64,000 nucleotides of DNA from Gammaproteobacteria bacterium (GTDB lineage Bacteria; Pseudomonadota; Gammaproteobacteria; Natronospirales; JAJUFS01), in assembly GCA_033720895.1 (NCBI GenBank), contig JAWWBS010000002.1, positions 10,591 through 74,590 on the forward strand, given 5' to 3'. Of the stretch, positions 48,008-55,845 are shown piece by piece (the stretch's first letter is position 1; the number at the start of each line of letters is the position of its first letter). Made by a program: the position numbers and the translations under genes. The notes below the pieces were generated by a model. The model saw only the letters and a program-made list of their open reading frames with translations, ran no database searches and was not told where the DNA came from.

Positions 48008-48766
48008 CTACTGCGAGTCCGAATCCTGCCTGCCGCGCTCCCGAATGAACTGCTTCAGCAACTCGGCCTGTTCGTCATCCAGCTCGACTGCATCCAGCAA
48101 GTCGGGCCTTCTTTGCCAGGTCCGCCCCAGCGATTGCTGCAATCGCCAGCGCCGGATCTCGGCGTGATTGCCGTCCAGCAGCACCTGCGGGACGCGTCGA
48201 CCGTCGATTTCCTCCGGTCGCGTGTAGTGCGGGCAATCCAGCCAGCCCTGCACGAATGAATCTTCTTCTGCCGAGTCCGCATCACCCAGCGCACCGGGGA
48301 GCAGTCTCGTGATTGCATCGATCAGTACCATCGCCGGCAACTCGCCGCCCGACAGCACGTAATCCCCGATCGATACTTCTTCGTCCACTTCGGCATCGAT
48401 GAAACGCTCATCGATCCCTTCGTAGCGCCCGGCGATCAACACCAGGCCCGGCTCCCTTGCCAGTTCTTCCGCGCGGCGCTGGGTCAGCGGCCGTCCCTGC
48501 GGACTCAGGCAGATGGTCCGGTAACGCTTGCCGGCACTGGCCCTGGCGTCGTGCACCGCTTCCGTCAACGGCTCGACCTTCATGACCATGCCTGGCCCGC
48601 CCCCGTAAGGACGGTCATCCACCGTGCGGTGCTTGTCCGTCGTGTAATCACGAGGGTTCCAGGCCCGCACGTCGAGCAAGCCCTTGTCGGCCGCCCGGCC
48701 GGTAACGCCAAAGGCCGTTACCGCTTCGAACATCTCCGGAAACAGGCTGATCACGTCTATGCGCAT
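48008..48766 (-). CDS. trmD: tRNA (guanine37-N1)-methyltransferase
   Basis: [25 protein letters not shown]...[13 protein letters not shown]...[10 protein letters not shown]...[20 protein letters not shown] aligns with E. coli TrmD. Confidence 0.96.
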   Translation of the reverse strand: MRIDVISLFPEMFEAVTAFGVTGRAADKGLLDVRAWNPRDYTTDKHRTVDDRPYGGGPGMVMKVEPLTEAVHDARASAGKRYRTICLSPQGRPLTQRRAEELAREPGLVLIAGRYEGIDERFIDAEVDEEVSIGDYVLSGGELPAMVLIDAITRLLPGALGDADSAEEDSFVQGWLDCPHYTRPEEIDGRRVPQVLLDGNHAEIRRWRLQQSLGRTWQRRPDLLDAVELDDEQAELLKQFIRERGRQDSDSQ

Positions 48767-48768
48767 GA

Positions 48769-49317
48769 TCAGAACTCCGGATCCCAATCGACGGTAACCA
48801 GGCCACCCTCGATATCGACTTCCTTGACCACCTGCTCGCGAATGAAGGGCACCAGCCGCTCCTTTCGCTTGCCGCCATCAACTGCCTCGTGAACCACCAT
48901 GACATCGTTCGAACCGGTTTCGACCATGTGACTGATCGTGCCCAGCTCGACACCGTCGGTGGTCCTGACGGCCAGCCCTTCCAGGTCGGCCCAGTACACC
49001 TCGCCCTGCTTCGGCGGCGGCAACTGCGAGCGCCAGATGGCGATCGGTGCGCCCCTGAGCATGGCCGCGGCATCGCGGTCTTCGATGCCTTCCAGGCTGG
49101 CGACGACGGTCTTGCCCTGGCGCTTGCCGGACAACACCTTCATCTCCTGCCATTCCCCTCGCACGCAAACCTGCCAGGGGCTGTAGTTGACGATGTTTTC
49201 GCGCGGCTTGGTCTCGGAATACACCTTGACCCAGCCCTTGACGCCGAAAACGCCGGATATCCGGCCCAGTTCCACACGCTGCTCTTCGCTGCGTGCTGCG
49301 TGACGCGCCTTACTCAT
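48769..49317 (-). CDS. rimM: Ribosome maturation factor RimM
   Basis: [20 protein letters not shown]...[10 protein letters not shown]...[11 protein letters not shown]...[27 protein letters not shown] aligns with RimM. The start is ATG 49317. Confidence 0.93.
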   Translation of the reverse strand: MSKARHAARSEEQRVELGRISGVFGVKGWVKVYSETKPRENIVNYSPWQVCVRGEWQEMKVLSGKRQGKTVVASLEGIEDRDAAAMLRGAPIAIWRSQLPPPKQGEVYWADLEGLAVRTTDGVELGTISHMVETGSNDVMVVHEAVDGGKRKERLVPFIREQVVKEVDIEGGLVTVDWDPEF

Positions 49318-49384
49318 CAACAAGTATCGCCTTGCAGTGTGTTCCCGCGTCACGAGGCTCCGGCAAGCCGGAGCCAAAGGTGAC

Positions 49385-49627
49385 TCAGGCTGCCGACTTC
49401 TTCAGCAGCTTGGAAACGCGATCAGAGGCCTTGGCACCCTTGCTGATCCAGTGCTGCGCACGTTCTGCATCAAGACGCAGTTCTTCTTCACCACCGACAG
49501 CCATCGGGTTGAAGAAGCCCAGGCGCTCGATGTAGCGGCCATCACGCTTGTTGCGGCTGTCAGTCACCACGATGTGGTAGAACGGGCGCTTCTTCGCGCC
49601 ACCGCGCGCCAATCGAATCGTTACCAT
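49385..49627 (-). CDS. rpsP: 30S ribosomal protein S16
   Basis: [41 protein letters not shown] is canonical S16. Confidence 0.97.
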   Translation of the reverse strand: MVTIRLARGGAKKRPFYHIVVTDSRNKRDGRYIERLGFFNPMAVGGEEELRLDAERAQHWISKGAKASDRVSKLLKKSAA

Positions 49628-49698
49628 GAGTCGTTATTACCTCGGTTTTCCAATGAGCATGCGAGGGCGCATCTGCCCCTCGCAAATGTAAACGGCGC

Positions 49699-49726
49699 AT
49701 TTTACGGGAATTTCAGGAAATGTGAA
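49699..49726 (-). promoter_or_regulatory. Candidate sigma70 promoter of the rpsP operon
   Basis: On the minus strand, TTCACA (49721..49726) plus 16 nt plus TAAAAT (49699..49704). It is followed by a 5' leader hairpin GCGAGGG-gcagatgcg-CCCTCGC. Confidence 0.35.
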
Positions 49727-49784
49727 GGGTTTCAAGCCACTTAAAGCCCATTATTCCGGGCTATTTTCAGGCTTTGCGCCGCCC

Positions 49785-51155
49785 TCAGAAGCCGGGAAAG
49801 CCGCCGCCCATGCCACCGCCGGGCCCACCCATGCCACGCATCATCTTCTTCAGGCCGCCCTTTTGCATCTTTTTCATCATTTTCTGCATCTGGGTGAACT
49901 GCTTCAGCAGGCGGTTCACGTCCTGCACCTGCAGGCCTGAGCCCGCGGCAATCCTGCGTTTCCGGGAGCCATTGATGACATCCGGCCGGCGTCGCTCCTT
50001 CGGTGTCATGGAATTGATGATGGCCCGCTGGCGGCGGATTTCCCGCTCGGCATGGTCCATCTGATCCTTGCCTTTCGCGAGTTTCGCCCCGCCCGGCAGC
50101 TTTTCCATCAGGCCGGCCATGCCGCCCATGCTTTCCATCTGGGCCAGCTGCTGGCTGAAATCGGCGAGATCGAAGCCCTTGCCCGATTTCAGCTTTTTCG
50201 CCAGTTTCTGGGCCTGGTCCTGGTCGACCTTGTCCTGCACGTCCTCGACCAGGCTCAGGACATCGCCCATGCCGAGGATGCGCGACGCCACCCGCTCCGG
50301 ATCGAAGGGTTCCAGTCGCTCGGTCTTCTCGCCCGTGCCGAGGAACTTGATCGGCGCGCCGGTGATGCTGCGCGCCGACAGGGCCGCGCCACCACGAGCG
50401 TCACCATCTGCCTTGGTCAGCACGATGCCGGACAGCGGCAGCGCCTCGCCAAACGCGGCGGCCGTCTTCGCCGCATCCTGGCCGGTCATGGCATCGACAA
50501 CGAACAGGGTTTCAGCCGGATCGGTAGCCGCATGAATGGCCCTGATCTCGGCCATCATGGCCTCGTCCACGGTGGTCCGGCCAGCGGTATCGAGGATCAG
50601 GGTGTCGTATCCCTGCTTTCTTGCCGCTGCCACCGCCGCTTCGGCAATGGCAACCGGCGCGGTGTTCGAATCCGCCTTGAAGAATCCGGCCGCAACATCC
50701 CCGGACAGCCGTTCCAGCTGGTCCATTGCCGCCGGTCGATACACGTCGAGGCTGGCCAGCATGACCTTGCGCTTGTCCTTTTCCTGGAAGCGACGCGCCA
50801 TCTTGGCCGCCGAGGTGGTCTTGCCCGCACCTTGCAGGCCGGCCAGCAGGATCACGACCGGCGGCTGGCGGCGGAAATCGATCGGCGCGGCCTCGCCCAT
50901 CACCCGCACCAGCTCCTCGTGCACGATCTTTACCAGCACCTGGCCAGGCTTGAGGCTCTTGATCAGCTCCGCGCCGACCGCACGTTCCTTGACCCCCGAG
51001 ATGAAGTCCTTGACCACCGGCAGCGCGACGTCAGCCTCCAGCAGTGCCATGCGAATCTCGCGCAGCCCGGACTTGATGTTGTCATCGGTCAGGCGGCCCT
51101 TGCCACGCAGGCCGTCGAGCACGCCGCCAAGTCGATCGGAGAGATTCTGGAACAT
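49785..51155 (-). CDS. ffh: Signal recognition particle protein Ffh
   Basis: MFQNLSDRLGGVLDGLRGKGRLTDDNIK...GLQGAGKTTSAAK...DTAGR... are present, with a Met-rich M domain at the C-terminus. Confidence 0.97.
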   Translation of the reverse strand: MFQNLSDRLGGVLDGLRGKGRLTDDNIKSGLREIRMALLEADVALPVVKDFISGVKERAVGAELIKSLKPGQVLVKIVHEELVRVMGEAAPIDFRRQPPVVILLAGLQGAGKTTSAAKMARRFQEKDKRKVMLASLDVYRPAAMDQLERLSGDVAAGFFKADSNTAPVAIAEAAVAAARKQGYDTLILDTAGRTTVDEAMMAEIRAIHAATDPAETLFVVDAMTGQDAAKTAAAFGEALPLSGIVLTKADGDARGGAALSARSITGAPIKFLGTGEKTERLEPFDPERVASRILGMGDVLSLVEDVQDKVDQDQAQKLAKKLKSGKGFDLADFSQQLAQMESMGGMAGLMEKLPGGAKLAKGKDQMDHAEREIRRQRAIINSMTPKERRRPDVINGSRKRRIAAGSGLQVQDVNRLLKQFTQMQKMMKKMQKGGLKKMMRGMGGPGGGMGGGFPGF

Positions 51156-51208
51156 TCAGTTGTTTACCGCGGTGGATTGGAAAGGTCGGAGAGTATAAAG
51201 GCGCTGGC

Positions 51209-51976
51209 TCAGAAGTTGAACGTCTCGCCACCCATGAGGCGGTGCACGCGTCGCTCAGGAATGGCCTCCTCGATCTCGGAGAAAATCTGGTCCTCGGCGC
51301 CAGGCTTGAGATGGGTGATCCAGATATCCGGGTCGTGCTTCAGTTTCTTGAGGTCCGATGCAAGGGTCCGGGGGCAGTAATGCCTCGCCAGCCAGGCCAG
51401 CTCTTCATTGCGATTCCCGAAGGCTGTCTCGATCACGAGCAAATCCAGCCGGGGCAGCGCATTCAGGGCAGCCCAGAGGGTTTCATTGGATGCCGTGTCA
51501 CCGCTGAAGGCGAACACCTTGCCCTCGCTTTCGACAATGAAGCCCAGTCCCGGCACGGTATGGTTGACGTCGAATGACGTCAGCTTGCGCCCGCCGATGT
51601 CACGCAATGCGCCGACGGCCAGGTCATTCAATTGCAGGACCGGCTGTTCGGCGGTGGGCAGCATGGTGAAATCGGGCCACAGGATCCAGTTGAAGATGTG
51701 TTCGCGGATGGCCGTGAGGGTTTCCCGGCGAGCATGCACCTGCAAGGGGTCGTCAAGGCGTGCCTCGAAGACCGAATCGATCAACAACGGCAAGCCTGCC
51801 GTGTGATCAAGATGGGAGTGCGTCACGAAAACGTGCTTGATTGACTGCATCGCTTGCTGATCGAGATCCCCGATACCTGTTCCGGTATCTATGAGGATGT
51901 CGTCATCGATCAGGATCGACGTCGTGCGTAACCCGGCTCCAATCCCCCCACTGCAGCCGAGAATCTTGACCTGCAT
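51209..51976 (-). CDS. Class II 3',5'-cyclic-nucleotide phosphodiesterase-like MBL-fold hydrolase
   Basis: MQVKILGCSGG...VFVTHSHLDHTAGLPLLIDS is close to the class-II PDE signature HxHLDHxxG. No signal peptide, and 255 aa. Confidence 0.7.
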   Translation of the reverse strand: MQVKILGCSGGIGAGLRTTSILIDDDILIDTGTGIGDLDQQAMQSIKHVFVTHSHLDHTAGLPLLIDSVFEARLDDPLQVHARRETLTAIREHIFNWILWPDFTMLPTAEQPVLQLNDLAVGALRDIGGRKLTSFDVNHTVPGLGFIVESEGKVFAFSGDTASNETLWAALNALPRLDLLVIETAFGNRNEELAWLARHYCPRTLASDLKKLKHDPDIWITHLKPGAEDQIFSEIEEAIPERRVHRLMGGETFNF

Positions 51977-52165
51977 GTGTCATTTTCCCCGCGGTCTGTT
52001 GCCATGCTGACCGTTCACGGCATGTTAGCACAGGGTCCGGCTTTACCAAGCCCGGTCCCGGGGACGACATTGCCCGGCAGGCACTTCACCGGCAACCATG
52101 CCTGTGCCATCATCGGGAACACCTGAAAACACTGCGCTCGCGGGCGATTACCCCAAGGAGACACC

Positions 52166-52981
52166 TTGCAGAACTGGTTGATCCCTTTTGCCATGGCAGC
52201 CTACCTGTTCGCCTCCGGATGGCTGTTCTTTCGCGCTCGACGCGGGCTGACCGCTGCCGCTGTATCGCGCTGGCCGGCCATGTTCGCAGCGGCGCTGGCC
52301 GTACTTGCCCATGCGCTTGCCCTGCGAGCAGCCATCTACCAGCCTGGCGGCCTGAACCTGCAGCTGGGAATCGTCTTTTCCCTGATGGCCTGGCAGATCG
52401 GCCTGCTGACCCTGCTGGGCTCCATCCAGCGCGGCACTGCCAACCTGGGCATTGCCCTCTACCCCTTGCTGGGCCTGGCGGTATTGCCATTGGCGTCGCC
52501 CGCGCAGCCCGCCAACCTGATCCAGCATGCGAGCTGGCAGCTGGAAGCCCATATCCTGCTGTCGGTGCTGGCCTACGGCCTGCTGGCGCTGGCCGCGTTC
52601 CAGGCCATCCTGCTGTGGCTGCAGGAGCGTCGCCTGCGCGCGCACCAACCCGGTGGGCTGATCCGCGCCCTGCCGCCACTGACCATCATGGAAAGCCTGC
52701 TTTTCCAGACACTGGCCGCGGGCTTTGCCCTGCTGTCGCTGGCGCTGTTCAGCGGCCTGTTGTTCATCGAAGACCTTTTTGCGCAGCACCTCGCCCACAA
52801 GACGGTGCTATCCATTCTCGCCTGGGTCGTGTTCGCAACCTTGCTGTGGGGCCGCTGGCAGTTTGGCTGGCGCGGCCGCACCGCCATCCGCTGGACCCTG
52901 TCAGGCTTCACCTTGCTGGTGCTGGCCTATTTCGGCAGCCGCGTGGTGCTGGAGCTGATCCTCGGCAAGAGCTGGTCCTGA
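52166..52981 (+). CDS. Cytochrome c assembly (CcsA-like) family inner-membrane protein, YpjD-like
   Basis: It has a TTG start with AAGGAG upstream, about 8 TM helices, and a position near ffh as for E. coli ypjD. Confidence 0.75.
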   Translation: MQNWLIPFAMAAYLFASGWLFFRARRGLTAAAVSRWPAMFAAALAVLAHALALRAAIYQPGGLNLQLGIVFSLMAWQIGLLTLLGSIQRGTANLGIALYPLLGLAVLPLASPAQPANLIQHASWQLEAHILLSVLAYGLLALAAFQAILLWLQERRLRAHQPGGLIRALPPLTIMESLLFQTLAAGFALLSLALFSGLLFIEDLFAQHLAHKTVLSILAWVVFATLLWGRWQFGWRGRTAIRWTLSGFTLLVLAYFGSRVVLELILGKSWS

Positions 52982-53075
52982 GCCGCTGACTCGGCCTGCC
53001 GCTTGACACGGGCCATGCAAGTCGCGAGACAATGAACGTCCGCGGCAGTGCCGCACCCGAGGAGGCCTTCCCGGC

Positions 53076-54347
53076 TTGGATGACTTACCCATAAGCGCCA
53101 TGATTGGCGCGCTTGTCGTATTGCTGGTGCTCTCCGGATTCTTCTCCGGCTCGGAAACGGGCCTGATGACCCTCAATCGCTATCGCCTGCGTACCCGTGC
53201 CAAGGCAGGCTCGCGGGCAGCGAGACTGACCGAGAAACTGCTCGAGCGTCCCGACAGGCTGCTGGGCCTTATCCTGTTCGGCAACAACCTCGTGAACATT
53301 GCGGCCTCGGTCCTGAGCGGCGTCATTGCCATGCGCCTCTACGGCGAGAATGCCCTCGCGGCCGTACCCTTCGTGCTGACGCCGATCGTGCTGATTTTCT
53401 CGGAACTGCTGCCAAAGACCTTTGCCGTGCTCCGGCCAGAGCGTGTCGCCCTGCCCTCGGCTTATGTCTACTACCCGCTGCTGAAACTTTTCGGCTGGCT
53501 GATCTGGCTGCTGAATGCCCTGTCGAATGCCGTGCTGCGACTGTTCGGCCTGTCGCCGGAGAACGGCGAAGATCATTCTTTGTCGGGCGAAGAGCTGCGC
53601 ACGGTGCTGCTGGAAGCCGGCACCCTCATCCCGAAGGCCCACCGCGACATGCTGCTGCGGATCCTGGAACTGGAACAGGCCACGGTCGAAGACATCATGG
53701 TGCCGCGTGCGGAGATCCAGGGCATCGACCTGGCTGACGACTGGACCGACATCAAGGAGCAGCTGTTCCGCAGCCAGCATACCCGCCTGCCGGTGTACGA
53801 GGAGACCATCGACAACGTCATCGGCATCCTGCACCTGCGAAGGGTGTTCGCCGCGTCTGCGCGTGACGAATTCGACCGCGACACATTGCGTGAATTGCTG
53901 ACCGAGCCCTACTTCATCCCGGAAGCCACGCCCTTGCACAGGCAATTGCTGGCCTTCCAGGACCAGCATCGCCGGGTCGGACTGGTGGTGGACGAGTACG
54001 GCGACATCCAGGGCCTGGCGACCCTGGAAGACATCCTCGAGGAAATCGTTGGCGAGTTCACTTCCGATCCGCTGGCGATGAGCCGCGACCTGACGCCCGA
54101 TGGCGAAGGTGCCTACATCGTTGCCGGCACGGTGCCCTTGCGATTGCTCAATCGCGCGCTGGGCTGGGAGCTGCCCACCGACGGACCGAAGACCCTGAAC
54201 GGCCTGATCCTGGAAACCCTGGAAACCATACCGCAGCCGAACACGAGTGTGCTGCTGGACGGCTACCCGGTGGAAATCGTGCAGACCTCTCGCAATGCCG
54301 TGCGCACGGTCCGCGTCAGGCCCGCCAGCGAAGAAAGCGAGACCTGA
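53076..54347 (+). CDS. HlyC/CorC family transporter (DUF21-CBS pair-CorC_HlyC), YfjD-like
   Basis: It has N-terminal 4-TM DUF21 (LSGFFSGSETGLMTLNRYRL), CBS pair (VEDIMVPRAEI...) and a C-terminal CorC/HlyC transporter-associated domain. Confidence 0.88.
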   Translation: MDDLPISAMIGALVVLLVLSGFFSGSETGLMTLNRYRLRTRAKAGSRAARLTEKLLERPDRLLGLILFGNNLVNIAASVLSGVIAMRLYGENALAAVPFVLTPIVLIFSELLPKTFAVLRPERVALPSAYVYYPLLKLFGWLIWLLNALSNAVLRLFGLSPENGEDHSLSGEELRTVLLEAGTLIPKAHRDMLLRILELEQATVEDIMVPRAEIQGIDLADDWTDIKEQLFRSQHTRLPVYEETIDNVIGILHLRRVFAASARDEFDRDTLRELLTEPYFIPEATPLHRQLLAFQDQHRRVGLVVDEYGDIQGLATLEDILEEIVGEFTSDPLAMSRDLTPDGEGAYIVAGTVPLRLLNRALGWELPTDGPKTLNGLILETLETIPQPNTSVLLDGYPVEIVQTSRNAVRTVRVRPASEESET

Positions 54348-54357
54348 TCTTCACCGC

Positions 54358-55719
54358 TCATTCGTATGCGGCGCGAATGGCCTGTTCCAGGCGCTGCACC
54401 GGCACGATCTCCAACCCATCGACTTTCAAACTGCGCGCCACGTTGCCCTTGGGCACGATGGCACGCTTGAAACCATGCTTCGCGGCTTCGTGCAGGCGCT
54501 CTTCGCCGTTGTAGACAGGTCGCACTTCTCCCGCCAGTCCCACCTCGCCGAACACGATCAAGCCGGTGCCCAGGGGTTTGTCGCGCAGGCTGGAAAGCGC
54601 CGCCAGCAACACCGGCAGGTCCGCCGCCGTTTCTGCAACGCGCAAACCGCCGACCACATTGACGAACACGTCCTGGTCGAACATGCCGACGCCACCATGG
54701 CGATGCATGACGGCCAGCAACATCGACAGTCGATTCTGCTCCATGCCGACAGCGACACGACGCGGGTTGCCAAGGTGCGACGTGTCGACCAGGGCCTGCA
54801 CCTCGACCAGCAATGGCCGGGAGCCTTCTCGTGTCACGGTCACGGCGCTGCCCGACACCGGTTCGTCATGCTTGGAAAGAAAGATCGCGGAAGGATTTTT
54901 CACTTCCTTCAGGCCGCCATCCATCATTACGAACACGCCCAGCTCGTTGACCGCACCAAAGCGATTCTTCACGGCCCGAATGACGCGATAACGCGAGCCG
55001 GCATCGTTCTCGAAATAGAGCACCGTATCGACCATGTGTTCCAGAACGCGCGGTCCGGCAATGACGCCTTCCTTGGTGACGTGCCCCACCAGGAACACCG
55101 CAATGCCGGTCTGCTTGGCCAGTCGCACCAGTTGCGCGGCCGTCTCGCGCAATTGCGCCACGGCACCGGGGGCCGACTGCAAGGCGTCGGTGTGAATGGT
55201 CTGGATGGAATCGACAATCAACACGCCCGGCTGCTCGCGACGAGCCACGGCGTTGATCGCTTCGACATTGGTTTCGGCCAGCAGCGACAGGCCGGCCGAT
55301 GGCACGCCAAGGCGACGCGCCCGCAGCCCCACCTGCTTGAGGGATTCCTCGCCGGTGACATACAGCACGTCCAGCTTTTCACTGAGCGTCGCCGCTGCCT
55401 GCATCAGCAGGGTCGATTTGCCGATGCCGGGATCGCCACCGATCAGGGTGACCGAACCGGACACCAGGCCGCCGCCCAGCACGCGGTCCAGCTCGCCGAT
55501 GCCGGTCTCGGTACGGGCCTCCTCGTCGATGGCCACTTCCTTCAGGCTCTGGGTCGCCGGTGCTTCGCCGGCCCAGCCCACGCTTCGACCAGGCGTGGAT
55601 TTCTCGACAATGGATTCGACCAGGGTGTCCCATTCATTGCAGGCGCTGCACTGCCCGGACCACTGCGGAAACTCGGCCCCGCAAGACTGGCAGGTATAGC
55701 GTTTCTTGGCCTTTGCCAT
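54358..55719 (-). CDS. radA: DNA repair protein RadA (Sms)
   Basis: MAKAKKRYTCQSCGAEFPQWSGQCSACNEWDTL (zinc finger), Walker A GGDPGIGKSTLL, KNRFG motif and a Lon-like C-terminal domain are present. Confidence 0.96.
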   Translation of the reverse strand: MAKAKKRYTCQSCGAEFPQWSGQCSACNEWDTLVESIVEKSTPGRSVGWAGEAPATQSLKEVAIDEEARTETGIGELDRVLGGGLVSGSVTLIGGDPGIGKSTLLMQAAATLSEKLDVLYVTGEESLKQVGLRARRLGVPSAGLSLLAETNVEAINAVARREQPGVLIVDSIQTIHTDALQSAPGAVAQLRETAAQLVRLAKQTGIAVFLVGHVTKEGVIAGPRVLEHMVDTVLYFENDAGSRYRVIRAVKNRFGAVNELGVFVMMDGGLKEVKNPSAIFLSKHDEPVSGSAVTVTREGSRPLLVEVQALVDTSHLGNPRRVAVGMEQNRLSMLLAVMHRHGGVGMFDQDVFVNVVGGLRVAETAADLPVLLAALSSLRDKPLGTGLIVFGEVGLAGEVRPVYNGEERLHEAAKHGFKRAIVPKGNVARSLKVDGLEIVPVQRLEQAIRAAYE

Positions 55720-55845
55720 GGTGGCTGGATTCCCTTCTATGATGGCTGTGCTCGGAACGCCCGGATGGTAGCACGCTGGCGTTTGCCTTTGACCGGGGGT
55801 CGGGTAGACTGGCTCAAACAACACCAATAAAAACGGGGGTTTGCG

